Positions 48,115-59,038 of a stretch of 64,000 nucleotides of DNA are shown in pieces. Made by a program: the position numbers and the translations under genes. The notes under the pieces are model-generated. The model made no database searches and was not told where the DNA came from. It worked only from the letters and a program-made list of their open reading frames with translations. This DNA is from an uncultured Desulfobacteraceae bacterium. GTDB taxonomy: Bacteria; Desulfobacterota; Desulfobacteria; Desulfobacterales; UBA5852. The DNA lies in assembly GCA_913060875.1 (NCBI GenBank), contig CAJXSL010000001.1:1079398-1143397 (forward strand). Direction: 5' to 3'. Positions within the stretch are counted from its first letter, which is position 1; every line of letters starts with the position of its first letter.

Positions 48115-50742
48115 ATGGCCGGACGTCTGGTATGGTTTTTCGTGATCATTTTACCGATTTTTTTTTCGCCGGGTTGGGCACGCGGTGAAATTCGTGTGAT
48201 GGTATTACCATTTGAGATTAATGCCTTGCAGGATCTGTCCCACCTGGAGTTGGAGATCCCCAAAATCATCCAGGAAAACCTGGCGGCCGAGGGGGCGGCG
48301 ATCGTAGCACCACCCATCCGGTCTGTATTGATGGATGAGGACCAGATTCGTGAAATGGGGGCCGCAAATGGTGTCGATTATATCATCTGGGGTAGTTTGA
48401 CATGGATTGATCCTCTTTTCAGCATGGATGTCCGCCTGTTGTCACCCATAGAGGAGGCACCGGCCGAAACCCTTACCATGGAGGGCAAAGGGATTGAAAC
48501 GCTTTCCGTAAAGATCGGCGATCTTTCCCAGAAATTGGTGGTCCGGCTTTTTGATTTGCAAGAAGTGGTGGACCTTCGCATCGAAGGTAACGAGCGCATC
48601 GAGGACGCTGCGATAAGGCCCAACATCAGCACCGCCATCGGTGACACATTTATCCCCAAAACCATTTCAGAAGATCTCAAGGCGGTTTATCGAATGGGGG
48701 TCTTTGACGATGTGCGCATTAGGGCGACCGATGTTGCCGAAGGGAAAATTGTCATTTTCCAGGTCAAGGAAAAACCGACCATTTTAGGTATTGGGATCAG
48801 CGGCAATACGGTTTTTGATAACGATGAAATTCGAGAAAATATTACCCTCAAATCCGGGGCGGTGCTAAATCCTGCAAGAGTTCGCACCAATGTCCAGGTT
48901 ATTGAAGATCTATACAGAGAGAAAAATTTCCACAACGTCAATGTGGCGTATGAAATCAATACCGTCGATAATAACCAGGCCAATGTGGAGTTCATCATAA
49001 CCGAGGGCGAAAAAATCAGTGTCGAGACCATCCGGTTCGTCGGCAATCAGACCTTTGACGAGGATGATCTGAAGGATATCATGCGCACCCAGGAAAAAGA
49101 CTGGCTGTCCTGGATAACCGGTTCCGGGGAGTTGGATCTGGAGAAACTTAACCAGGATGTCATTTCCATCTCATCCTTTTACCAGAATAATGGCTTCATC
49201 AATGTCAAAGTTTCCGATCCGGGGGTGGAATTTAAAGAAGATGAAATTGAGATTACCATTAAAATTGCCGAAGGCGATCGCTATAAACTGGGGCAGGTGG
49301 ACATTGACGGGGACCTGATCCAGCCCAAGGAAACCCTTCTGGATGAACTAAAAATAACGCAGGAAGAGTATTTTAATCGGAGTCTGCTGGAAAAGGATGT
49401 GATTCGTCTCTCGGATGTTTACGGCGATGAAGGGTACGCCTATGCAGGGGTCACCCCCCGAACCGTCCCGGATCCCCGAACACTGACGGTTGCGGTAACC
49501 TATATGATCGAAAAACGGCAATTGGTCTATTTTGACGAGATCATCATTGGGGGGAATACGGTCACAAGGGATAAGGTCATCCGGCGGGAACTGAAAATTA
49601 TTGAGCAGGAGTTGTATAACCGAACCAACCTCAAAAAAGGTATCCAGCGACTGCACGGACTAGACTATTTTGAAGATGTTAAGGTGAATACACTGAGGGG
49701 CAATACCGATGAGGAGATGATCCTTAAGATCGATGTGACCGAAAAACCTACAGGACAGTTGACTTTTGGTGGCGGTTTCGGGAGTGAGGACGGACTTTTT
49801 GGCGTGCTTTCGGTGGATGAAAAAAATCTATGGGGGCTGGGCCATAAAATTAAGGCGGCCATTAATCTCGGTGGTGAATCCACCCGCTTTGATATCACCT
49901 ATACCGATCCCTGGCTGTTCGATATCCCCCTTACGGGTTGGGTCAACATCTACAAATGGGACAAGGAGTGGGATGATTACGGATACGACAAGGACAGCTA
50001 TGGCGTAAAGGTCGGTGTCAGTTATCCGATTTTCCATCGTACCCGAATTTCACTGGCCTACCTTTTCGACATATCGGACATTACGATCACTGATGAGGAT
50101 GAAGCCTCCAGCAATATTGAAAGATTAGAGGGCGAAAACACGACAAGCAGTATCACAACGGCCCTGGTCTATGATTCCCGCGACCGTGCTTTCAATACGA
50201 CCAAGGGATCCGTGAACCGGGCTGAAATTGAATATGCCGGGATTGGGGGCGATTTCGATTTCGTAAAGTACACGGTACAGACGGGCTGGTATTGGCCTTT
50301 GTTCTGGAAACTCGTCGGCGTTACCAAGGCCCAGGGGGGGTATATTACGGGGGATGATATCCCGGACTATGAAAGGTTTTTTATCGGTGGCGTGAACACT
50401 ATCCGGGGCGTCGAGAGAGAGGACGTGAGCAGGCGCGAAGACCCGAACGATCCGGATTCACCCCTGGTCGGGGGCGAATCCTATGCCGTTTTTAACGCCG
50501 AGTTGACATTCCCCATCGGTGAAGAAATGGGTTTGTACGGGGTGGCTTTTTACGATACCGGTAATGTCTGGGAAGAGGATGAAGATCCTGATTTCGGCAA
50601 TCTGGTGAGCACCGCCGGTGGTGGCGTGCGCTGGCAGTCGCCCTTTGGCGCTTTGCGCTTGGAATACGGTTTTGTTATTGATGCCGGGGATACGGATGCT
50701 TCGGGCGGTAAATTGGAGTTTACAATGGGGTCGACATTCTAG
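48115..50742 (+). CDS. bamA: Outer membrane protein assembly factor with extra N-terminal domain
   Basis: POTRA repeats (GNERI, GNTVF, GNQTF, GNTVTRDKVIRRE), IRG motif, WQSPFGALRL and C-terminal F. Confidence 0.95.
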   Translation: MAGRLVWFFVIILPIFFSPGWARGEIRVMVLPFEINALQDLSHLELEIPKIIQENLAAEGAAIVAPPIRSVLMDEDQIREMGAANGVDYIIWGSLTWIDPLFSMDVRLLSPIEEAPAETLTMEGKGIETLSVKIGDLSQKLVVRLFDLQEVVDLRIEGNERIEDAAIRPNISTAIGDTFIPKTISEDLKAVYRMGVFDDVRIRATDVAEGKIVIFQVKEKPTILGIGISGNTVFDNDEIRENITLKSGAVLNPARVRTNVQVIEDLYREKNFHNVNVAYEINTVDNNQANVEFIITEGEKISVETIRFVGNQTFDEDDLKDIMRTQEKDWLSWITGSGELDLEKLNQDVISISSFYQNNGFINVKVSDPGVEFKEDEIEITIKIAEGDRYKLGQVDIDGDLIQPKETLLDELKITQEEYFNRSLLEKDVIRLSDVYGDEGYAYAGVTPRTVPDPRTLTVAVTYMIEKRQLVYFDEIIIGGNTVTRDKVIRRELKIIEQELYNRTNLKKGIQRLHGLDYFEDVKVNTLRGNTDEEMILKIDVTEKPTGQLTFGGGFGSEDGLFGVLSVDEKNLWGLGHKIKAAINLGGESTRFDITYTDPWLFDIPLTGWVNIYKWDKEWDDYGYDKDSYGVKVGVSYPIFHRTRISLAYLFDISDITITDEDEASSNIERLEGENTTSSITTALVYDSRDRAFNTTKGSVNRAEIEYAGIGGDFDFVKYTVQTGWYWPLFWKLVGVTKAQGGYITGDDIPDYERFFIGGVNTIRGVEREDVSRREDPNDPDSPLVGGESYAVFNAELTFPIGEEMGLYGVAFYDTGNVWEEDEDPDFGNLVSTAGGGVRWQSPFGALRLEYGFVIDAGDTDASGGKLEFTMGSTF

Positions 50743-50845
50743 CGTTTGGAAGTAATGAATAGCGATGTTGCGATGTGAAGACCGTGGATGCTATAGATAT
50801 TACCGATAATGAATTATTAAGACTTTTACGAAAATAGGGGGAAAG

Positions 50846-51379
50846 ATGCGATTGACGAAACCCGCTTTTATGGTTGTCTTGATTCTGCTTTTGAATTGTC
50901 CGGCGTTTATCAATGCGACCGAAATCAAAATTGGTATGGTCGATTTCCAACAGGTTGTCGAGAAATCCGAACCGGGCCAGAAGATTGAAGCCAGTCTTAA
51001 AAAGGAAGGCGAGCGCATGGAGGCGGAACTCAACAAAGACAAAGATGAGTTGAAAAGCCTCAAAGAAAAGTTGGAACGAGAGGCCATGGTGATGAGCCGT
51101 GAGGCCCGGGAGGAAAAAGAGATTGAATTCCGTGTCAAAGCGCGCAATCTGCAGGAAAAAGAAAAGCGCTACCGGGCGGAATTTGTTGGTAAACAACGCC
51201 AGGAGGTCGACAAAATAAGAAAAGTGGTTTTGGAAATCGCCCAAGACGTCGGTAAGAAAGAAGGCTTTACCATTATTGTCAGCAAAGTTGGTGTACTGTA
51301 TCACGATTCGTCTGTTGACCTTACCGATAAGGTCGTGAAGGCATTGAATCAGCGCCTGGCCGGAAAAGGGAGTCAATAA
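50846..51379 (+). CDS. skp: OmpH/Skp periplasmic chaperone
   Basis: Signal peptide, KIGMVD, coiled coil and DLTDKV; lies between bamA and lpxD. Confidence 0.9.
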   Translation: MRLTKPAFMVVLILLLNCPAFINATEIKIGMVDFQQVVEKSEPGQKIEASLKKEGERMEAELNKDKDELKSLKEKLEREAMVMSREAREEKEIEFRVKARNLQEKEKRYRAEFVGKQRQEVDKIRKVVLEIAQDVGKKEGFTIIVSKVGVLYHDSSVDLTDKVVKALNQRLAGKGSQ

Positions 51380-51473
51380 TCGAGATAATTCGGAACCTGT
51401 GCAGCCATGCCGCCAATCTCAAAAAGGTGGTTTTTATATGCCCGAAAAGGCTTTATGCAGGAGATAGTCAGGA

Positions 51474-52511
51474 ATGAAGAAGACACTGGCTGAGTTGGCT
51501 GAATTTGTCGGCGGATGTGTCATTGGCGACGCCGATCAAATCATTTCCGATGCCGCGCCATTTGAAAACGCCGGCCCCGAGGCCATTACTTTAGCACGCA
51601 CGGCCAAATACCTGAACCGCATTGATCGGCTTCAGGCCGGCGCGGTCATTGTCCCGGAAGATTTCAACCGGCCGGGGATCAATTTGCTGCAAACGTCAAA
51701 CCCCTACGCTGCCTTCGCACGCATATCGGCCCTTTACCATCCGGCGGAAAAGCTGCCGTTAGGTATCCATCCCTCGGCGGTGATGGGCGCGCATACCGAG
51801 TGCGGTGACGATGCGGCCATCGGCCCGATGACCGTTGTGGGCAATCATGTACGTATCGGCAAACGGGCCACCATCTATCCCGGTGTCGTTATCGGTGACC
51901 ATGTCACGATTGGTGACGATGTACGGCTGTATCCCAATGTGACGATTTTGGCACGATGCCGACTGGGGCACCGCGTGACGATTCACGCGGGTTCGGTTAT
52001 TGGCAGTGATGGTTTTGGATTCGCACCGGATGGAGAGCAGTATCAAAAAATTCCTCACACGGGCATCGTTGCCATTGATGATGATGTGGAGATCGGCGCA
52101 TCCAATACCATCGATCGCGGTACCTTTGGCAAGACCCACATCAAAAGTGGTGTCAAAACGGATAACCTGGTCCATATCGCCCATAATGTCACCGTGGGCG
52201 AAAACACGGTCCTCGTTGCTCAAGTGGGTATATCGGGCAGTACGACCCTTGGCCGTCACGTGGTTCTAGCCGGTAAGGTGGGGGTCGCCGGGCATATCCA
52301 TGTCGGTGATTATGTGATGGTGGGCGGCCAATCCGGCATTGCCGGTGATATTCCGGCAGGGCAAGTTGTCTCCGGTTCACCGAGCATGCCGCACAAAACA
52401 TGGCTCAGGGTGCAACGGATTATCCCGCGGTTGCCTGAATTGAGGAAAAAAATAACATCGTTGGAAAAGCGGTTTCGCCGGCTGGAGGGCGAGGAAGACG
52501 GATCGAAATAG
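51474..52511 (+). CDS. lpxD: UDP-3-O-acylglucosamine N-acyltransferase
   Basis: NPYAAFA, hexapeptide repeats, IGSDGFGF, IDRG and DNLVHIAHN. Confidence 0.95.
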   Translation: MKKTLAELAEFVGGCVIGDADQIISDAAPFENAGPEAITLARTAKYLNRIDRLQAGAVIVPEDFNRPGINLLQTSNPYAAFARISALYHPAEKLPLGIHPSAVMGAHTECGDDAAIGPMTVVGNHVRIGKRATIYPGVVIGDHVTIGDDVRLYPNVTILARCRLGHRVTIHAGSVIGSDGFGFAPDGEQYQKIPHTGIVAIDDDVEIGASNTIDRGTFGKTHIKSGVKTDNLVHIAHNVTVGENTVLVAQVGISGSTTLGRHVVLAGKVGVAGHIHVGDYVMVGGQSGIAGDIPAGQVVSGSPSMPHKTWLRVQRIIPRLPELRKKITSLEKRFRRLEGEEDGSK

Positions 52512-52560
52512 AAAACGCATCCGAATGATGGATACACGGGGCCAAACCGGGGGCATGACC

Positions 52561-53007
52561 ATGGAAGCCGTTAAGCAAATTCGCGATATTATGAAACATT
52601 TGCCGCACCGTTATCCCTTTGTCATGGTGGATCGGGTGGTGGAACTTGATCCGGGGCATCGGATCGTTACCCTAAAAAATGTCACGATCAACGAACCTTT
52701 TTTCCAGGGGCATTTCCCGGGCAACCCGATCATGCCCGGTGTGCTGATCCTCGAGGCGATGGCCCAATCCGCCGGTGTCCTGACATTTGAATCGTTGCCC
52801 CCTGAGAAACGGAACATCCTTGTTTATTTCATGGGGATTGATCGGGCCCGGTTTCGCCGGATGGTTATACCCGGTGATCAATTGATCATGGAAATTACCC
52901 TTAAAAAGCTTAAAACGAAGGCTGTCAAAGCAACCGGCCAGGCACGTGTGGATGGCAACCTGGTGGCCGAGGCGGAATTGATGGCATCGATTGGAGAAAA
53001 ACAATGA
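52561..53007 (+). CDS. fabZ: 3-hydroxyacyl-ACP dehydratase
   Basis: LPHRYPF..VD and [21 protein letters not shown]; start uncertain (52525-52561). Confidence 0.96.
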   Translation: MEAVKQIRDIMKHLPHRYPFVMVDRVVELDPGHRIVTLKNVTINEPFFQGHFPGNPIMPGVLILEAMAQSAGVLTFESLPPEKRNILVYFMGIDRARFRRMVIPGDQLIMEITLKKLKTKAVKATGQARVDGNLVAEAELMASIGEKQ

Positions 53008-53774
53008 TTCACCCGACGGCCCTTGTCAGCGCAAAGGCTGAGATTGATTCGAATGTTGAAATTGGCCCCTATACCATTATTGGAGACAACGTTACCATCG
53101 GTTCCGGTGCCATCATCGGTCCGCATGTCACGATTGACCCGTATGTTGAGATCGGTCCCGAATGCCACATCTTCCAGTTTGCTTCCATCGGCGCTTTGCC
53201 GCAGGCAATCAAATTCGAAGGCGAAGAGACCCATGTCAAAATCGGACGGCGGACCGTTGTTCGGGAGTTTACCACAATAAACCGGGGCACGGGATTTGGT
53301 GGCGGCCTTACCGAGGTGGGGGAAGAAAACCTTCTGATGGCCTATACCCACGTGGCCCATGATTGTAAAACCGGGCGTGGCGTCATCCTGGCCAACAATG
53401 CGACCCTAGCTGGTCATATCACGGTTGAAGATTATGCCACCATCGGCGGTTTGACGGCCCTTCACCAATTCGTTCGCATTGGCAAGCATGCCTATATCGG
53501 CGGGAAGTCGGCGGTCGTCAAAGATGTTCCCCCTTTTGTGATTGCGGCCGGCGATCGGGCGAAGCTGCACGGTCTGAACCGTGTCGGCCTGAAGCGGCAT
53601 GGATTTTCCCCTGATGCCATTGCCATGTTGAAGAAAACCTACCGGTTGATATTTCGCATCGGTTTGACCCTCAACGAGGCCATCGAGCGGGTGCGGGCCG
53701 AGGTCGACCAAATTCCTGAAGTCGAATATTTGATCGACTTCATCAAGGCCTCCGAACGGGGAATGACGCGTTAG
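53004..53774 (+). CDS. lpxA: Acyl-ACP--UDP-N-acetylglucosamine acyltransferase
   Basis: MIHPTA, HVAHDC, LAGH, HQF and GLN.VGLKR. Confidence 0.96.
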   Translation: MIHPTALVSAKAEIDSNVEIGPYTIIGDNVTIGSGAIIGPHVTIDPYVEIGPECHIFQFASIGALPQAIKFEGEETHVKIGRRTVVREFTTINRGTGFGGGLTEVGEENLLMAYTHVAHDCKTGRGVILANNATLAGHITVEDYATIGGLTALHQFVRIGKHAYIGGKSAVVKDVPPFVIAAGDRAKLHGLNRVGLKRHGFSPDAIAMLKKTYRLIFRIGLTLNEAIERVRAEVDQIPEVEYLIDFIKASERGMTR

Positions 53775-53794
53775 CAATAGGAAGATAGCGGGCG

Positions 53795-54772
53795 ATGTCA
53801 TCGAATATCTGTTCAAAAAGAGCTCGGGTCGGGGTTATCGGGGCCGGTTATCTCGGTCAATTCCATGCCGAAAAATATGCCCAGATGGAGGGTGTGGATT
53901 TGGTCGGCATTGTCGATGTCGATGCCGATCGGGCGGCCGAGATTGCGCAACGCAACAAAACACAGGCCTGCGCCGATTTCAGGGATTTAATCGGGCGTGT
54001 GGACGCGGTCAGCATTGTGACCCCCACCCCGCTGCATTTCACCATCGGCAAGGCGATGCTCGAAGCCGGAATTCATGTCCTGATCGAAAAGCCCATCACT
54101 ACGATTCTGGCAGAGGCGCATGCCTTGATTGACCTGGCGGAATCCCGCAAGCTTGTCCTGCAGGTCGGCCATCTTGAGCGTTTTAATCCGGCCGTGCTTG
54201 CGGTTCAGAATATCATCGACAACCCCATGTTTATCGAGTCCCACCGGCTGAGCATTTACCAGGGGCGCTCAACCGATGTCAGTGTCGTACTGGATTTGAT
54301 GATTCATGACATCGATATCATCCTCAATTTCGTTGGTTCCGAGGTTAAGAGCATCCATGCCTCCGGTGCCGCCGTTGTGTCCGATCACTGTGACATCGCC
54401 AATGCCCGCATCGAATTCAAGAGCGGTTGCGTCGCTAATATTACCGCCAGTCGGATATCCACCAAGAACCAGCGCAAAGTGCGGCTTTTCCAGAAAAACG
54501 CCTATATTGCCGTCGATTTTGCCAAGCGCGAAATCATGCACATCGAGAAGACCGATGATTCGAATGACGCGCTTATTCCGGGGATGAAAGTCCACCAGTC
54601 CAGTTTCGCGGATGGGGATGCGCTTGAGAGTGAATTGCGTTCATTTGTCAATGCGGTCACCGAATGCCATGAGCCCGTTGTCACAGGGCGTATGGGATAT
54701 CAGGCTTTGTCCGTTGCCCTGGACGTGATGGCTCAAATCGATGAAGCGGCCCTGCGTTTCGGTGATGGCTAA
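53795..54772 (+). CDS. Gfo/Idh/MocA oxidoreductase, GnnA-like
   Basis: GAGYLG, EKP, VGHLERFNP, DLMIHDID and ASRIS; lies between lpxA and lpxB. Confidence 0.85.
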   Translation: MSSNICSKRARVGVIGAGYLGQFHAEKYAQMEGVDLVGIVDVDADRAAEIAQRNKTQACADFRDLIGRVDAVSIVTPTPLHFTIGKAMLEAGIHVLIEKPITTILAEAHALIDLAESRKLVLQVGHLERFNPAVLAVQNIIDNPMFIESHRLSIYQGRSTDVSVVLDLMIHDIDIILNFVGSEVKSIHASGAAVVSDHCDIANARIEFKSGCVANITASRISTKNQRKVRLFQKNAYIAVDFAKREIMHIEKTDDSNDALIPGMKVHQSSFADGDALESELRSFVNAVTECHEPVVTGRMGYQALSVALDVMAQIDEAALRFGDG

Positions 54773-55934
54773 CATGTCGCCCCACCGCAGGATAATGATT
54801 GTGTCGGGTGAAGCTTCCGGTGACATGCACGGCGCCAAGTTGGCGAATTCCCTTCATGCGCAGGACGATCGACTGATTCTCTTTGGTATTGGCGGGGAAC
54901 GCATGCAAGCCGCCGGCGTTCGCATCGATGTTGACGCCCATCGTTTGTCCGTGGTGGGCATCACGGAGGTTTTCGCCAAACTGCCCCAGATCCTCGATGG
55001 CATGCGTACCGCCAAGCGGTTGCTGGTCGAGAACAAACCCGATCTTCTGATTCTGATCGATTTCCCTGATTTCAATCTGCATCTGGCTTCGCATGCCAAA
55101 AAACACGGCATTCCGGTTTTGTACTATATCAGCCCGCAAATTTGGGCCTGGCGGCGAGGACGGGTCAGAAAAATAAAGCGGCTGGTCGATCACATGGCCG
55201 TCATTCTCCCCTTTGAAGAGATTTTTTATCGGCAGCATGGCGTGCCGGTAACCTTTGTCGGGCACCCGCTGATGGATCAATACAGCACTGCGCCAAAGCA
55301 GCCGAAACGATCGTCTGAAGACAATACCGTGACCGTCGGCCTGCTTCCCGGATCCCGCGACAGTGAAGTCACGAAACTTTTGCCGTCCATGCTCGCCGCG
55401 GCAAAACGGATTCATCAGCAGAAGCCCAATACCCGCTTTTTGCTCTCCCGGGCGCGCAGTGTCGCGTCAAGCCCTGTAGAACGCATGGTCAAGGAAAGTG
55501 GCGTGAAGGTCATCCTTCACGATGGTTCGACAGACGCACTTCTGGAACAGGCAACTGTTGTTATTGTCGCCTCCGGTACCACCACTCTGGAAGCGGCCAT
55601 CCATGAAACGCCCATGATCATTGTTTATCGTATATCTCCGCTGAGCTATCGCCTTGGCAAAGCCTTGATTCGCGTGCCCCATATCGGCCTGGTCAATTTA
55701 ATTGCCGACAAACGCGTGGTGCCTGAACTTATCCAGCACGAGGCTTCGCCTGAACAAATAGCGCAGCACACCCTTGCCATACTGAAGGATACCACCCGAG
55801 CAAAACGGACAAGGATGGAACTTGCTGAAGTGAGGCGACGTTTGGGGGCCGCCGGCGCATCGAGAAAAGTTGCTGAAATTGCCATGCGCCTGATAAACCA
55901 ATTTGCTCCCAACTCCTACTCCTCCCCCATTTGA
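54765..55934 (+). CDS. lpxB: Lipid-A-disaccharide synthase
   Basis: GEASGD, IDFPDFN, SPQIWAWR, VGHP, LPGSR and ASGT.TLE. Confidence 0.96.
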   Translation: MANMSPHRRIMIVSGEASGDMHGAKLANSLHAQDDRLILFGIGGERMQAAGVRIDVDAHRLSVVGITEVFAKLPQILDGMRTAKRLLVENKPDLLILIDFPDFNLHLASHAKKHGIPVLYYISPQIWAWRRGRVRKIKRLVDHMAVILPFEEIFYRQHGVPVTFVGHPLMDQYSTAPKQPKRSSEDNTVTVGLLPGSRDSEVTKLLPSMLAAAKRIHQQKPNTRFLLSRARSVASSPVERMVKESGVKVILHDGSTDALLEQATVVIVASGTTTLEAAIHETPMIIVYRISPLSYRLGKALIRVPHIGLVNLIADKRVVPELIQHEASPEQIAQHTLAILKDTTRAKRTRMELAEVRRRLGAAGASRKVAEIAMRLINQFAPNSYSSPI

Positions 55935-55947
55935 GTTAGAGAAAAGC

Positions 55948-57711
55948 ATGAACCTTAAATTCAATTTTGATCTCAAGCCCCGTCATCGTCAATTGATAGA
56001 GATAATCCGATCGCACTGGGGCGCGCTGGTATTGGCCGGTATCTGCATGCTAATCATGGCGGGCGGCGAAGCGGCCACTGCCTGGTTGATGAAACCAGCC
56101 GTTGACGATGTTATCATCGACCGTGACCGCACGATGCTGCTTATTATTCCGATCGTTATTTTAGTCGTCTATCTCGTCAAGGGTACGGCCATGTATTTTC
56201 AGGGCTATTTGATGAATCGTGTCGGACGATCCATTATCCGCGAGTTCCGCAACAAGCTTTATGACCATATCCATGACCTGCCGCTGTCGTTTTTCCACAG
56301 TGAAAAGACGGGGGTGTTGATGTCGCGCATCATCAATGATGTGAATATCATCAAGTCCATGGTTTCCAATGCGGTTACGGGATCGCTCAGGGATGCCTGC
56401 TCAGTTATTGCCTTGACGACAACCACCTTCATGCTGGACTGGAAGATGGCGTCTTTCACCTTTCTGGTATTGCCCGCTGCCTTTTATCCGATTCACGCAT
56501 TCGGTCGGCGTATTCGAAAAATCAGCACCCGTGGCCAAATTGCGATGGCCGAATTGAGCACGTTTCTGCATGAGACTTTCGCCGGCGCCAAAATTATCAA
56601 AGCCTTCGGTATGGAAGATTATGAGAAAGCCCGCTTTTTCAATAAGACAAAAAATCTTTACAAAATTGAAATGAAGGAAGTGAAAGTTGACGAATTGTCT
56701 TCCCCGGTAATGGAGCTTATCGGTGGAATCGGCATCGCGGTAGGAATCTACTATGGCGGGTACCGCATTTTCCATAACACCCTTACCCCCGGGACATTCT
56801 TTGCATTTATTTCAGCAACGGCAATGCTTTACCGTCCGGTCCGCAAACTCAACAAACTCAATATTTATATCCAACGTGGACTGGCTGCTACAGACCGCAT
56901 CTACGATATCCTGGAACGCGAGTCGGAGATCGTTGAAAAAGAAACGCCCATTCCCATTCCATCCGGATCACACCATGTCGTTTTTGAGAACGTCTGCTTT
57001 CATTATGACCAGGATGGCGACAACAAGGAGCTGGTTCTCGACCACGTCAGTCTGGATGCGCAACCCGGCGAAGTTGTTGCTTTGGTGGGGATGAGCGGTG
57101 GAGGAAAAACGACACTGGTCAACCTGCTGCCACGCTTCTACGATATATCCGCCGGTGCGATCCTTATCGACGGTATCGATATCAGGGATGCCGATATCGC
57201 TTCTCTTCGGCGGCAGATCGCCATCGTGACCCAAGAACCCATTCTTTTTAACGAATCGGTTCGCAACAATATTGCCTATGGAAATGCCGAAGCTTCCGAC
57301 GAAGCAATCGAACAGGCAGCCCGCGATGCATATGCCTATGATTTTATAAAAAATATGCCGGAAGGATTCGAGACGCCAATTGGCGAATTGGGCAATCGCC
57401 TTTCCGGTGGTGAGAAACAACGTCTCTGTATTGCCCGTGCTCTGCTAAAAGATGCCCCTATCCTTATTCTTGACGAAGCGACATCGGCACTGGACTCGGA
57501 AGCTGAAGTTGTCGTCCAGAAAGCCCTTGAAAACCTGATGAAGGGGCGGACCACATTTGTCATTGCCCATCGGCTTTCTACCATTACCCATGCCCATCGT
57601 ATCCTTGTCCTGGTCAAAGGGCGTATTGTCGAAAAAGGCACCCATGAAGAACTGTTGAACCGGGATGGCGCTTATCGGAAACTTTATAACATGCAGTTTG
57701 GCAATAGCTGA
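55948..57711 (+). CDS. msbA: Lipid A ABC exporter
   Basis: TMD plus NBD (GMSGGGKT, LSGGEKQR, LDEATSALD); context within the lpx cluster. Confidence 0.88.
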   Translation: MNLKFNFDLKPRHRQLIEIIRSHWGALVLAGICMLIMAGGEAATAWLMKPAVDDVIIDRDRTMLLIIPIVILVVYLVKGTAMYFQGYLMNRVGRSIIREFRNKLYDHIHDLPLSFFHSEKTGVLMSRIINDVNIIKSMVSNAVTGSLRDACSVIALTTTTFMLDWKMASFTFLVLPAAFYPIHAFGRRIRKISTRGQIAMAELSTFLHETFAGAKIIKAFGMEDYEKARFFNKTKNLYKIEMKEVKVDELSSPVMELIGGIGIAVGIYYGGYRIFHNTLTPGTFFAFISATAMLYRPVRKLNKLNIYIQRGLAATDRIYDILERESEIVEKETPIPIPSGSHHVVFENVCFHYDQDGDNKELVLDHVSLDAQPGEVVALVGMSGGGKTTLVNLLPRFYDISAGAILIDGIDIRDADIASLRRQIAIVTQEPILFNESVRNNIAYGNAEASDEAIEQAARDAYAYDFIKNMPEGFETPIGELGNRLSGGEKQRLCIARALLKDAPILILDEATSALDSEAEVVVQKALENLMKGRTTFVIAHRLSTITHAHRILVLVKGRIVEKGTHEELLNRDGAYRKLYNMQFGNS

Positions 57712-57820
57712 TTTGTGGCCAAGTCCAAAAAAATTCTTTGGTGATGCCCACCTGGCCGAGGATGCCGGACTTTGCGATACCAACCCCAGAAATGGAAATT
57801 TTTTTCGCATCGCATAACCA

Positions 57821-59011
57821 ATGCTGATTATTCACCGATACATCTTTAGGGGATTGATTTCACCGTTTTCAATCAATCTTTTGTTCCTTACCGTGGTCTT
57901 CCTCATGACCCGGATGCTCCAGATCACCAAGCTGATTGTCAATTATAACGTCAGTTTGAGCGCCATCGCCTTGATTTTGGTCTATTCCATTCCTCATTTT
58001 TTGGTATTCGTGCTCCCCATGTCGGTCATGATGGCCATATTATTGACGTTGATGAATATGTCGGGGAACAATGAAATCACTGCTTTAAAATCCGGTGGCG
58101 TCAGTTTGTACCGGTTGTTGCCGCCGGTCGTCGCGCTTGCATGTGCCGGCTTTCTGGCAACACTCTTCATGACGGTCTACGGTATGCCCAGGGGCAAACA
58201 CGCCATCACCCAGCTGACCTATCGGATGCTGGCCTCCAACACCGATATCGGGCTCAAAGCCCGAACCTTCAACGACCGCTTCGATGGGGTCACCCTTTAT
58301 GTCAATGAGGTGGATCTAAAAACAAAAAAAATGAAGGATGTTTTCATCGAAGACCGCCGGAATCCACGTGCCATCAGCACCATTGTGGCGCCTGAAGGCC
58401 TGGTGATGAAAGATATTCAAGGACGATCGGCCCGGCTACGCTTGTTTAACGGCATGATCAACCAGGTTGAGCGTGAAAAACGATCTGCCAACGCGATTTA
58501 CTTCACGACCTACGATGTCAATCTCAACATGGCACAAATTGCGAGACTGGGACGCTTTTCACGTAAAGACGAAGACGAAATGTCACTCTCGGAATTGGGG
58601 GCCTATATCCATAAAGTCAAAGACAACCCCAAAAAATATTATGACGCCCTGATTGAATTCCACCAAAAATTCTCCATTCCGGCGGCATGTCTGGCACTGG
58701 GTATCCTGGCGGTCCCGCTGGGTGTGGAACTCAAGTCCACCAGACGATCGGCCGGGCTGGGAATGGGGATGTTCGTTTTTATTCTCTACTATGTATTGAT
58801 GACCGCCGGACGCGTATTCGGCGAGATGGGAATTTTTCATCCCGCCATAGGGTTGTGGGCGCCGAATGCACTTGTCGGCATTGGCGGTGCCATCTTGCTG
58901 CTACGGACTGCCAATGAGAAACCCAATTATGTGATCGGCTTTATGCGGTTTCTGGGCCGTCAGATCCGTGAGTGCGTCTTAAAATGCTTGCCGCACGTTG
59001 GCCGACGGTAG
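57821..59011 (+). CDS. lptF: LPS export permease LptF
   Basis: RYIF, NEITALKSGGVS, PLG and W.PN; tandem with lptG. Confidence 0.9.
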   Translation: MLIIHRYIFRGLISPFSINLLFLTVVFLMTRMLQITKLIVNYNVSLSAIALILVYSIPHFLVFVLPMSVMMAILLTLMNMSGNNEITALKSGGVSLYRLLPPVVALACAGFLATLFMTVYGMPRGKHAITQLTYRMLASNTDIGLKARTFNDRFDGVTLYVNEVDLKTKKMKDVFIEDRRNPRAISTIVAPEGLVMKDIQGRSARLRLFNGMINQVEREKRSANAIYFTTYDVNLNMAQIARLGRFSRKDEDEMSLSELGAYIHKVKDNPKKYYDALIEFHQKFSIPAACLALGILAVPLGVELKSTRRSAGLGMGMFVFILYYVLMTAGRVFGEMGIFHPAIGLWAPNALVGIGGAILLLRTANEKPNYVIGFMRFLGRQIRECVLKCLPHVGRR

Positions 59012-59038
59012 TTTGATCTACCCGGCAGGATACGTTTG

